Translations under genes and position numbers: made by a program | The notes under the pieces: generated by a model | Database searches by the model: none | Told to the model about the DNA's origin: nothing | Seen by the model: only the letters and a program-made list of their open reading frames with translations | Origin: a virus | Lineage: Duplodnaviria > Heunggongvirae > Uroviricota > Caudoviricetes | Length of the DNA stretch: 64,000 bases | IMG/VR virus record: IMGVR_UViG_3300009678_000054 | Coordinates: 35,854-99,853 of that record | Reading direction: 5' to 3' (one strand) | Shown: positions 1 through 9,400 of the stretch, piece after piece | Layout of the letters: each line of letters starts with the position of its first letter | Position numbering within the stretch: position 1 is the stretch's first letter

Positions 1-1
1 C

Positions 2-703
2 GCCTTTGATTCTGATTATGCTGAAAAACTCGGTATTGACATAAATAAGCTGCTTATTAGTCAACCTGATTATGGTGAGCAAGCTTTAGAGATAGCTGAC
101 CGTCTTATTATCACAGGTAAGGTAAACGTAGTAGTGATTGATTCGGTAGCCGCACTTGTACCGAAAGGTGAACTGGAAGGAGAGATGGGCGACAGTAAAA
201 TGGGCCTACACGCAAGATTAATGTCTCAAGCACTTAGAAAGCTAACCGCAACAGTTAGTAAAACTGGAACGATTTTAATTTTCATCAACCAGCTTCGTGA
301 TAAGATCGGAGTAATGTTCGGTAGCCCGGAAACTACCACAGGTGGAAACGCATTGAAGTTCTATGCTTCAGTTCGTCTTGACGTTAGAAAAATGACAATT
401 TTGAAAGATGGTGACCAGGCTGTTGCCAATCATGTGAAGGTAAAAGTAGTTAAGAATAAAATAGCCCCACCTTTCCGATCTGCAGAATTCGATATTCGTT
501 ATGGCGAAGGTATTGATCGGTATGCTGAAGTACTGGATATTGGTGTACAACTTGAAATTATAAATCAGTCAGGCAGTTGGTTTAGTTATAATAACGATAA
601 GCTCGGCCAGGGTCGTGAAAGTGTACGTCAACTTCTTAAAGATAACGAAGAACTGTACACTGAAATTCGCAAAACCATTTACGATAAACTTTTTAAATCA
701 TAA
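2..703 (+). CDS. recA: RecA recombinase, C-terminal two thirds (5' end lies outside the window)
   Basis: Translation [73 protein letters not shown] matches the conserved RecA core (L2 loop, [15 protein letters not shown]). The ORF is open to position 2. Confidence 0.85.
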   Translation, partial: AFDSDYAEKLGIDINKLLISQPDYGEQALEIADRLIITGKVNVVVIDSVAALVPKGELEGEMGDSKMGLHARLMSQALRKLTATVSKTGTILIFINQLRDKIGVMFGSPETTTGGNALKFYASVRLDVRKMTILKDGDQAVANHVKVKVVKNKIAPPFRSAEFDIRYGEGIDRYAEVLDIGVQLEIINQSGSWFSYNNDKLGQGRESVRQLLKDNEELYTEIRKTIYDKLFKS

Positions 704-705
704 TT

Positions 706-1017
706 ATGGATACACAACAAGAACAACAAATCATCATCAAAGGTGAAGAAGTATTACAGTTTAATGAAATACTTGATACCATTCCTCATCGTGAAGCTAA
801 AAAACTTGTCAGGTTTATAAACTCATGTCAGCAAAAAAGAGTTAATGAGACTAAATTAGCCGAAGTCGCCAGCCAGCTTGCTCATTTTCAAATGTCAAAG
901 TATGAAGGAGCTAAAACAGCGGATAAGTCAAGGTTAACGCAAAGCGAAGGAGAGCAGGTACAGTTAGGAACTAAAGCATTAACTAAGTCAAAGTTAACGC
1001 TGGAAGAACCAAAATAA
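706..1017 (+). CDS. hypothetical protein (103 aa) immediately downstream of recA
   Basis: ORF directly abuts the recA stop and is followed by a strong terminator hairpin. No recognisable motif. Confidence 0.4.
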   Translation: MDTQQEQQIIIKGEEVLQFNEILDTIPHREAKKLVRFINSCQQKRVNETKLAEVASQLAHFQMSKYEGAKTADKSRLTQSEGEQVQLGTKALTKSKLTLEEPK

Positions 1018-1050
1018 GAAAAAACCCCGGAATTACCGGGGTTTGTTATT
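1018..1050. terminator. bidirectional rho-independent terminator
   Basis: Hairpin ccccggaattaccgggg (1025-1041) flanked by an A-run on one side and a T-run on the other. It sits between convergent genes 706..1017 (+) and 1050..2207 (-). Confidence 0.7.
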
Positions 1051-2207
1051 TATTTCCATGTCTTGTTATCATATCCTGTGATCGTAGTTTCTTGGAATAT
1101 GAATTCAAAAACTTTCTTTGGCCCAGGGTCAGGCGGTGGAGCATCAGTCGGTATAACATCTTTTGTTTTAGTAGCAGTAACGCCATAAACATCGGTGACC
1201 GTTAATTTGACTTTATACACACCAAATGCGGAGATAATCTTATTCTTTTTACCATACGGGTCTATTGTATAATCAGGCGGTTCATTTACGAATAAGAAAT
1301 TCCAGTTACCACCAGGATAAGGTTCAACATCCCATCTATACCCATTCCACTCAGGAGTTGCAAAATTACTCTTTGAACCATCAAGAATAATAGTCCCATC
1401 AGCGTAAGTATAATCAAACTCTGCAGAAACAATATAATTCTTTGGAGGATTTATCCATGTGCTTCCTTTCTTATTCGCAAGACACCATTCATAGATATTC
1501 AACATGACTCCGCCGTGATCTTCACGATAAGCTGGATTGAAAAACTTATTCCAATCTTGGTGTCCACCAGGATAGATTGTTTCTCGTGCAGTATTAGCCG
1601 CTTTTGCGTTAAGAGCTACATTCCACTGCTTCAAATTATTTGTAAAACCACCATCATTTACACCTGAAAATCCCCATGTCTCAATCTTAGCATTAGCCGT
1701 AGCTTGTATGTTTGAAATATTACCTTTGCTTGCAGGAGACATAGGTACTGCTGCGGCGTACAATTCCAAAATACCATTAGTAGAAATTGATTGAAGTGTC
1801 ACATCACCACCTGCAGAAAGACCACCAATGAAAATAGCATTAGTATCTATCTTATTCGGAAAACGAGTAAATAGATCATTTTGTATGCAATACTTTAACT
1901 GATCGGGAGAAGGAGACCATGTAGGATGTTGAAGTGCGACAAGAATAAATCTTGTTTCTTTGTTATCAGCAGGACTTGTAAATTTGAAAGCCGAACCATT
2001 AAGAGGGTCATAATCCTTAGTAAAAGCCAAAGGAGAATAACCTATTACCTTTGCAGCATCAGCTTGTGTAAGTCCAGTTTCACCAACTCCATGACAACTC
2101 ATGAACAATGCACATTTCTCTGTATTTGTATTGAGATCATCAGGTGTATATATAACACCCCAAAGTTTTTGTGTAGGAGATACCGAAAATTGAATAGTTT
2201 GTTGCAT
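1050..2207 (-). CDS. alpha/beta-hydrolase esterase with C-terminal PKD/Ig-like domain (possible depolymerase or lysis accessory)
   Basis: GxSxG nucleophile elbow GGLSAGGD. The C-terminal ~90 aa (YKVKLTVTDVYGVTATKTKDV) look like an Ig/PKD beta-sandwich. Last gene of the minus-strand late operon. Confidence 0.55.
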   Translation of the reverse strand: MQQTIQFSVSPTQKLWGVIYTPDDLNTNTEKCALFMSCHGVGETGLTQADAAKVIGYSPLAFTKDYDPLNGSAFKFTSPADNKETRFILVALQHPTWSPSPDQLKYCIQNDLFTRFPNKIDTNAIFIGGLSAGGDVTLQSISTNGILELYAAAVPMSPASKGNISNIQATANAKIETWGFSGVNDGGFTNNLKQWNVALNAKAANTARETIYPGGHQDWNKFFNPAYREDHGGVMLNIYEWCLANKKGSTWINPPKNYIVSAEFDYTYADGTIILDGSKSNFATPEWNGYRWDVEPYPGGNWNFLFVNEPPDYTIDPYGKKNKIISAFGVYKVKLTVTDVYGVTATKTKDVIPTDAPPPDPGPKKVFEFIFQETTITGYDNKTWK

Positions 2208-2217
2208 TATTTCTGTT

Positions 2218-2979
2218 TTAAATTATAACGTAGCCTTGAGCGTCAACTTTTCTGGCACGATATAATTCAAGCAAGTCTTTAGAAGTATATCCGAATGTTT
2301 TTTGGAAATGCGGAGCATCAACGAAACTTTCGTCTTTGTCTCCCTGAGCCTTTGTAATACCATCATTATCCCAATCTGCTCCCCACACCCATCCGTATTT
2401 TTTGAAAACACGAACAACTTCCATCCAATCACTAACCTTATCACCGTCATAATCACCAATAGTATCCCATTTGATCTCATCCCATGTACCATTGCCATCT
2501 TTGTCAACAAGTAATGCTATATCAATTGCCATGCCATAATTATGAAAAGACCTTCCGGCTGGCGAATTAGTAACCTTTTGACCAGGTTTAGTTCTCCCCT
2601 GTTCATATAAGGCTTGTTGTTCTGCGAAGGTACGAATTGTAAAAGTAAAACGAACAGTAGACCGACCAGATAATAATCTTACGATCTCCTGGTAAATAGA
2701 AAAACCTTCAGCCCTTAATTTAGGATGAAGTAATTGTATTCTTTTAAGGGTTGCATTATCCTGATAAACAGGTTTAATGTTAGTAGTAGGGAGCGGTTGT
2801 GCAGGGACGGTAAATAGCTTTTCAAGAGTTTTAGGACCAACTACACCATCTGCAGTTAATCCATTATCAGATTGAAACTTTTTGATAGCAGCAGTGGTTT
2901 TAGGACCACTTGCTCCATCAATATCTAAAGAATAACCTTTAGTTACAAGTTGTTGTTGGATTTGTTTTAACGTTGCCAT
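2218..2979 (-). CDS. endolysin: N-terminal peptidoglycan-binding domain plus peptidase M15 (L-Ala-D-Glu / D-Ala-D-Ala peptidase family)
   Basis: PG_binding_1-like repeats (GASGPKTTAAIKKFQSDNGLTADGVVGPKT). C-terminal H..D..H metal-binding signature of the M15/VanY family (SFHNYGMAIDIAL..GADWDNDG..DAPHFQ). Confidence 0.75.
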   Translation of the reverse strand: MATLKQIQQQLVTKGYSLDIDGASGPKTTAAIKKFQSDNGLTADGVVGPKTLEKLFTVPAQPLPTTNIKPVYQDNATLKRIQLLHPKLRAEGFSIYQEIVRLLSGRSTVRFTFTIRTFAEQQALYEQGRTKPGQKVTNSPAGRSFHNYGMAIDIALLVDKDGNGTWDEIKWDTIGDYDGDKVSDWMEVVRVFKKYGWVWGADWDNDGITKAQGDKDESFVDAPHFQKTFGYTSKDLLELYRARKVDAQGYVII

Positions 2980-2987
2980 ATTTAGTT

Positions 2988-3470
2988 TTATTCAGGATTA
3001 CCATTGAAACTACGAACCCAATAAGCTATACTTAATGGAGCAAGACCATTGACAGTATCGCAGTGAACAGCTACATTATCAGAATCGGTATAAAATAACG
3101 CTTCCTGGTTCTCAACTGAGAAACCACTTCCAGGTAAACCGTCTGAAGCAGTACTAATAACATTATTACATATTTGATAAAGTCCAGGTGGAACTTTCAA
3201 TATTTGAGGACTTGATTTAGAAACATCGGTTTCTACTATAATATTACCATCAGCGTCTTTGAACTGAATTTGATAAGCATCGGGTGAAGCGTTACTAAGG
3301 CTACCACCGTTAGTATCATTTACCCAATAAACAGTAATAACGTTACAGCAATCGTACTGCGCCTTATCAAGCACAGCACGAATTGCATTAAGTTCATTGT
3401 CAGTAAGCTTTAATTTTTTCAAAGCTTGTTTCAAAAAATTATTTACTGACCTATTTTTCGCAGCTAACAT
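2988..3470 (-). CDS. hypothetical protein (160 aa) in lysis cassette
   Basis: ORF only. Tightly packed between the endolysin and membrane-protein genes. Confidence 0.4.
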   Translation of the reverse strand: MLAAKNRSVNNFLKQALKKLKLTDNELNAIRAVLDKAQYDCCNVITVYWVNDTNGGSLSNASPDAYQIQFKDADGNIIVETDVSKSSPQILKVPPGLYQICNNVISTASDGLPGSGFSVENQEALFYTDSDNVAVHCDTVNGLAPLSIAYWVRSFNGNPE

Positions 3471-3500
3471 CAGTTAAAATGTGTAACGTTTTTCAATAAT

Positions 3501-4145
3501 TTATTCACGTTCTCCGTCAACAAATTTTTGTTTGTTTTTTGTAACAGGTAATTGCCATTCTTCATTAGCACGAGGTGCTGTTGAACTGTCAGTTGCAGCG
3601 TTACGCCAGTTAATGTTGTATCCAGGTTCTTCACCATATTGAACAACATATACACTATCTACGGCATTCAACGTGAATTCATCAAAATAATAATCCTTCT
3701 TTGTTGAGTCAGTAGCGTTACGAACTTTACCATTAGCGTGATAAACAGCGTTATCAGGGATACCTGCTTTTCTGTCCTCTTTAAATCCAACATTAGGTCC
3801 GAACAATCCACCCCAAAACAGTAATGCTCCCAGGGCTAATCCTTTCCATAGACCACGACCATCTTGTGATTCGTCGTATTTCTTTTGTGTCTTCACCCAT
3901 ATGAAGATAGCGGCAGCAGGTCCAAGAACTTGCCAAATTCCTGAACGCCAAAAACGCTCAGCGAAGCTTGTTCCGATTTCAGGTGCGAGTGATACAATAC
4001 CAACTACTGTCAGTATAGCAAACCAAATTGCGTGTGTACGAATACGTACCTCACCGTCTTTTACAAAAAAATTAGTCTTACTCATGTTTATTGATTTTAT
4101 TATTAAAAAAGCTTTTTTACATAATCCAATGTAGCTTCTCTCCAT
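3501..4145 (-). CDS. membrane protein (214 aa), lysis-associated candidate (spanin or holin-like)
   Basis: Two hydrophobic segments (WFAILTVVGIVSLAP; ALGALLFWGGLFGP) followed by a soluble C-terminal domain. Confidence 0.4.
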   Translation of the reverse strand: MERSYIGLCKKAFLIIKSINMSKTNFFVKDGEVRIRTHAIWFAILTVVGIVSLAPEIGTSFAERFWRSGIWQVLGPAAAIFIWVKTQKKYDESQDGRGLWKGLALGALLFWGGLFGPNVGFKEDRKAGIPDNAVYHANGKVRNATDSTKKDYYFDEFTLNAVDSVYVVQYGEEPGYNINWRNAATDSSTAPRANEEWQLPVTKNKQKFVDGERE

Positions 4146-4450
4146 TTCTTAATTCGAGTTGCTACATATTTATAAATTGTATCAATTATTACCATCCCAG
4201 TCATACCTACTACAAAGGATGTGAATCCAACGTAGTTCATGTTCATCTCGGTTCTTTCTACTATAACAGGAGTGAAGTATCCAGCCACCACACCACCTAT
4301 AACAATTTGTCGAACAGCTTCCCAAAATTTAGAACGTTTGTACAAAGAGAAAATAAAACCACCAACTAATCCATTTAATAAATACTTGAAGGCTATACCT
4401 AGATCATCAAAAAGACGCAATAAATCATGCTTCATTGTATAAGTTTTCAT
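4103..4450 (-). CDS. small membrane protein (115 aa), holin candidate
   Basis: 2-3 predicted TM helices (GGFIFSLY.., VIGGVVAGYFTPVIV, GFTSFVVGMTGMVII). Lies in the lysis cassette and overlaps the upstream ORF by 43 nt. Confidence 0.4.
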   Translation of the reverse strand: MKTYTMKHDLLRLFDDLGIAFKYLLNGLVGGFIFSLYKRSKFWEAVRQIVIGGVVAGYFTPVIVERTEMNMNYVGFTSFVVGMTGMVIIDTIYKYVATRIKKWREATLDYVKKLF

Positions 4451-4461
4451 CGTTTACACGT

Positions 4462-4827
4462 TTACTCACCCGTTGGTTGAACCGGAATATCAGGAAACTG
4501 ATTCGGTTGATTAACAACTGGTGTATTCGGATTATTCAATTGGATAGGTTGATATGTTTTTAATGCTAACATTGCTGCTATTAAGGCGGCTTCAATTCCA
4601 AGAATCATAGCAATCTGAGCCAGGTATCCTGATAACGATGCAATAACGGCAGCATCAACACTCCTATCATCCATTATCAGTTTTAATACTCTAACGACTA
4701 CATACGATGCGTTATGAACATTAATAACGAAATCAATCAATAACGCAATAGCTCCCAAAGAACGTAAAGATATTTTATTATCACGACCAAGCCATAGGTG
4801 TTCAATGTATTTAAAAAACTTCTTCAT
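4462..4827 (-). CDS. small membrane protein (121 aa), holin or antiholin candidate
   Basis: Hydrophobic helices LGAIALLIDFVINV and AQIAMILGIEAALIAAMLAL. Confidence 0.4.
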   Translation of the reverse strand: MKKFFKYIEHLWLGRDNKISLRSLGAIALLIDFVINVHNASYVVVRVLKLIMDDRSVDAAVIASLSGYLAQIAMILGIEAALIAAMLALKTYQPIQLNNPNTPVVNQPNQFPDIPVQPTGE

Positions 4828-5897
4828 TATTTAGTCTTACATCTAAAGGTTGTTACAACCGTGTCAACAGACGCTACAACGGCTACAAGCTTGTAATAAT
4901 ACAATGTGTTAGTGGTTAAACCAGTATCATTGTAAGCACCACTTGTTCCGGTATGGATTAAAACCTGGGTAGCAAAAGTCGAACTCGTATCTCGATATAT
5001 TTTATAAGTTGTTGCGCCTGGGAAATTTGGTTGCCATCTAACCCAATTACTTGTAGCATCTTCCGCAGTAACAATCATCCAGGCTTCGAACAAACCTAAA
5101 ACCCAAAAATTGGTAAATGTACCCATGAACTGATTCGGGTTAGCACTATGGTAAGCATCCATAAATACTTGCGTATTATAAACACCACCACCTGTTATAA
5201 TAACTTCATCAGATGTAGTTGGATTTGTAGCAAGTGGGACTCCTGCTGCATCACGAACAACAAATCTAGCATTGAACGCACCAAGTCCAGAATATATTCT
5301 GCTTATAGAATATCTGTTTGGACCAATATATTGAATATTAATAGAATTATAATCTATCACACTCATTCCGGTAACAATATTTAAACTTGTACCACCGTCA
5401 GCCGTGCTAAACGCACTTAAACTAAATAAAGCACTCATTCCGCCATTAATCGTCCAAGTAGTAGTCCCTGCACCTGTTAATCTTATACCAATAGGTTTAG
5501 GTTGATAAACAGCAGCTTCAAGAAAATCTAATGCAACAGTAGGACCAACAACAGTTAAAAGATTAGAAAAACTTTCATCTGGTGTAATTGACGTATTAAA
5601 TACGTATTTTACCTTTGGATAATTAATGGTTAATCTTTTATTACCAGCATTACCTGCTACCGAAGTGAAAAAAGCACTACCGTGATTAGTCGCTGAATCC
5701 AAAAATGCCCAGTTAATAGTATTACCATGCACAAATGAATTCGTAGGTGCGACAATAGCAGAGGCAAATATTAAAAAATCAGGGTTATGAGCAGCAGGTA
5801 AATCCCATGCTAAACCCATTCTTCCCTGGAAAATATCAATAATATCTCCCGCTTCTATTGTACCGCTACCTGGATATATTATACCTGATTTAGACAT
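4827..5897 (-). CDS. virion structural protein with C-terminal fibronectin type III domain
   Basis: C-terminal TYKIYRDTSSTFATQVLIHTG..YYYKLVAV is FN3-like. Start overlaps the stop of the downstream gene (ATGA-type coupling). Confidence 0.5.
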   Translation of the reverse strand: MSKSGIIYPGSGTIEAGDIIDIFQGRMGLAWDLPAAHNPDFLIFASAIVAPTNSFVHGNTINWAFLDSATNHGSAFFTSVAGNAGNKRLTINYPKVKYVFNTSITPDESFSNLLTVVGPTVALDFLEAAVYQPKPIGIRLTGAGTTTWTINGGMSALFSLSAFSTADGGTSLNIVTGMSVIDYNSINIQYIGPNRYSISRIYSGLGAFNARFVVRDAAGVPLATNPTTSDEVIITGGGVYNTQVFMDAYHSANPNQFMGTFTNFWVLGLFEAWMIVTAEDATSNWVRWQPNFPGATTYKIYRDTSSTFATQVLIHTGTSGAYNDTGLTTNTLYYYKLVAVVASVDTVVTTFRCKTK

Positions 5898-5917
5898 TAT
5901 TATTTATTTATAAATTA

Positions 5918-6250
5918 TTATTGTATACCGTGCCATTTCCATGTACCACCATCTCCACTGGCAATAGTATAAGCAGGAAGTTTACCATTTGGACTTGCTG
6001 CATCGGTAAATCCTTCGCCAAGTACAGTAAGATCATATGTACTACCGTCACTTAACGTAATTGTAACCGTACCTGTACCATTTGTTTTAACAATAGCTAC
6101 AGATGATAATCCGGCAGGTACAGACTCATCTTCACCAGCCGTTGTTACGTTATCACGACACGTAGCGCAGGTTAAAGCTCTTTCAATACCTTTTAAAATA
6201 GAAATGATTTTGTCTAAAGGACCACGTAAGTCCCCGTATTGTGCGCCCAT
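5918..6250 (-). CDS. hypothetical small virion protein (110 aa)
   Basis: ORF only. Confidence 0.4.
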   Translation of the reverse strand: MGAQYGDLRGPLDKIISILKGIERALTCATCRDNVTTAGEDESVPAGLSSVAIVKTNGTGTVTITLSDGSTYDLTVLGEGFTDAASPNGKLPAYTIASGDGGTWKWHGIQ

Positions 6251-6407
6251 AATTTATATTTATAGCCTGTTAATAAGATTTAACACCACCAGGAGTCCCT
6301 GGCCCTTTTCCCTAAAACGGGAAAACCCACCTTCGCAAAGGTATGCAAAGATAGGTTTTGTATTTTAAAATGTCATATTCAGGAAGAATTATGCTACTTA
6401 TATAGCA

Positions 6408-9400
6408 TTATTCGTTAGTATCTTCTCCTTTTCCGGCACTTGGTTTCAAAAACCAAATGCTATTTCTACCATAGAACTGTAACAATCTTTCAGGTTCAAC
6501 AGTGTTTATATACTGACGATAAAGAGGCAAAGCACGTCCCCATTTAACTGCAGCTTTATTTTGACCAACCTGGTAACCAGGACCAGAACGCTCGTACTCA
6601 GCCATTGGGTCAGAAATAGATTGAGACACCGCATCCCACACCTTGTCTACAGTGGATACCGATGCAGCCGGGTTAGTTACAACCTTAGCCAGGTCCATTG
6701 TACCAACAATCGGAGTATATTGAACCCCTTCAGAGATCAATCTACGGCTTATCAGAGCCATGTAATCATTGAATTCTTCTTCATCGTCATCGTCGTCAAA
6801 CGCTTTAAACGAGAACATAAGAAGGGCCATAGCAGCGAAATCTGCAGCTATCTTACGGAAAGCGTATTTCTCATCTTCAGTTAATTGAGCCATACGTTTT
6901 TGCTCGATAATACTTCTAACCTGAGTTACTAACCCGTTTATAAAAGTACGATAATAACCTTCAGTATAATTACCCGTTTGATAGTTTACATATCCTTTAC
7001 GGTAACGAGAAGCAAATCCTGTATAAATGTGCTTTCTAAACATTAGAAGAAGACTACCCCACCATTGACGCTGCAGCAAAGCTTTGTCCAACTTGTTATA
7101 GTTACCGTGCATTTGCGTATTCACGAATTTTACCGTTTGACGGAAATCTTCATCATCCTGCGTTGTCCACTTTGTATCAGACATTTTAAGCTGACCTTTG
7201 TATTCACGCTCTTTAGCCTCGTATAAGGATATTTCCTCGCCACTATTCAGCTTCACTTTTTTATGTAGCATCATCGCAATAAGCATCTGAGTTTGTACAT
7301 AATGTTCACCACCTTGCTGCATGAAGAAAAAATGATTTCTACGGAACAATTTATTTGCCAAGCTACCAGAAATCTTTTTTCCAAGCTCATCATAAAGTTC
7401 ACCCTGGATAGCATCATAATCAATTAACATTTCAGAAATGAATGATGGTTTACCACCTTTTAAATCTTCAAAGAAATCACCTTTACCAAGTGCAGTGAAA
7501 TAAATACCTTCAGCTTTTAACGCATTACCTATATTGAAATAACGACCTGCCGCACCTTCAACAAAGGTTTCGAGCTTCGCACGAATTATGTTAGTTACAC
7601 CAGCAACCGGGTTAAGAGCAAGTTGCTGGAAAGCTGTAATCAAACCAAGTGTATTGGCAGACTTTTTAACTGACCAGTTCCAATCCTTACGCAACATAGT
7701 TACTTTGTAATCTTTTAACTTACGTTCTTCACCAACTTTGAAACCATGATAGTCAAGATCAGGAATACCTATATGCTCAGACATGTCACTGAAACCTTTA
7801 ATGATTTCAATCTTACCATTCTTATCTTCAACTTTGAACTTAGAATTGAACATTTGAATAGCTGCCTTTTTCATAGGCTGACCATATACAACATCGTTTA
7901 GGAATGAATCAAGTTGTTCGTTAATTCTTGCAGCATCAACCTGCATAGCTTTACGTTCTGCTTTAGATAACGCTTTCAAACCGTTAGACGTAAGTTTAAC
8001 AACTTGGCGAGAATCAATACTCAAAGATGCGTTACCACCAATGAAATTTTTCAAAATGTTTACGTGAGGTTCAATCTGAGAAATAGAATTGTATTTTTGA
8101 GCAGACACAGCGTACTTAACAACTGAATTCAGTAGATCAAAACTTAAATCATTATCCTCAACCATTCTAGTAAATGGTAAAGGAACAGTTCTTCTTTCCT
8201 TCAAGTTATTTTTCTGACTGAAATAAACCTGGTCATCTTCTCCAACAAACAATCTTATTTTCTCAAGTATATCCTGAGCAACTTTACCCTTCTCAACCTT
8301 TGCTGTTATAATACTTCTCTGAGGAATAATACCATATTTTAATCCAGCCTTACCAGCAAGTTCATTAGCTTGTTTATATGAACCATAAAGTTCTTTAAAC
8401 AATGGGTCAGATTGCAATGCTACAAAATCAGGATTCTTATACGTAGTAGCCGGGATATAACCATTACCCGTTTTCACAGTATGAACAGAATACCAAGCGT
8501 CACGAGCTTTCTTCCAGGCAGCGTATTTAACAACATCGTTCTTTGATGGAGCGACACCTATCTTTTCTTCCATTGTTCTTTTCGCCTTGTAAAATTCATC
8601 CCACTTGTATTCTTCGTGGAAAGCCCAACGTTTTACATAATGATACTCAGGTTCACCTTTTTGATTTACACCTTTGTATTCATATGAATCAGCTTGACGC
8701 ATATATTTTGCATAGAAATCAAAATGGTCCTTATTAGTATTGAATACAGGAAGACCTCTGGTTCTTCGTACCAATTTTGTAAGTTTATCCTGAATAGTTA
8801 AACCTTTCTTTAAAGCCCCGGTATATTCTTCTACAACTGATCTAGCTATCAACGAAGACAACGGGTCACGAGAATGCAACAGTGGTCCTAAGAATTGCGT
8901 TACAGCACTAGCGTCCTTTTTGGCAGTTGTAATATAAGTAGCAAGTTCACGCTTGAAAGCTTCTTCTAAAATCTGACGCTTACTCGGAGTTAAATTATTA
9001 GCTTGCATTTCCTTTTGTACAGCTTCATACGTAGCTTTAGATACGATGTTAAAAGGTTTATCAGTCGCAAGAGCCTGGTTGATCGCACTATTTGCGTGAG
9101 GGAATAACCAGTTTACAATAAGTTCCTTTGCATAAGCTTTGTAATCATTTATCAAAGCAGCTTCACGACGATAATTCTTTTTCAAATTACCAATGCTATC
9201 TTCAGCATCAGGAAATTCATCTAGTACAGAAGTAATAAGCAAATCAACATCCTCGTACAAAGTAATGCAATCTTCTATCTCATTTAATAACTGACTCAAC
9301 TTAGCAAGATCATCCTTTGATTTTGTTCTCTTAGCATCGAAAGCATCTTTGAATTCTTGAAACTTTTCATTCAATTTTTTCAAATTGACAGCAGACGATA

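Noticed and set aside
6387-6404. Palindrome ATGCTACTTATATAGCAT downstream of the polyvalent gene and a 14-nt partial copy (acttatatagcatt) at 50418-50431, as a shared regulatory site
   Set aside because: Only 14 nt are shared and the second copy is not palindromic. Too little to call, although both sit in intergenic gaps of the late operon.
6561-6884. Dozens of 60-170-aa ORFs in the six-frame track lying antisense or out of frame inside the giant genes (for example 6561-6884, 12550-12927, 17964-18470, 44433-44987, 49771-50112)
   Set aside because: They are fully nested within much longer, motif-bearing ORFs on the other strand. Their composition is low-complexity or Cys/Ser/Phe-rich, typical of antisense frames of AT-rich coding DNA. 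None has independent start-site context.
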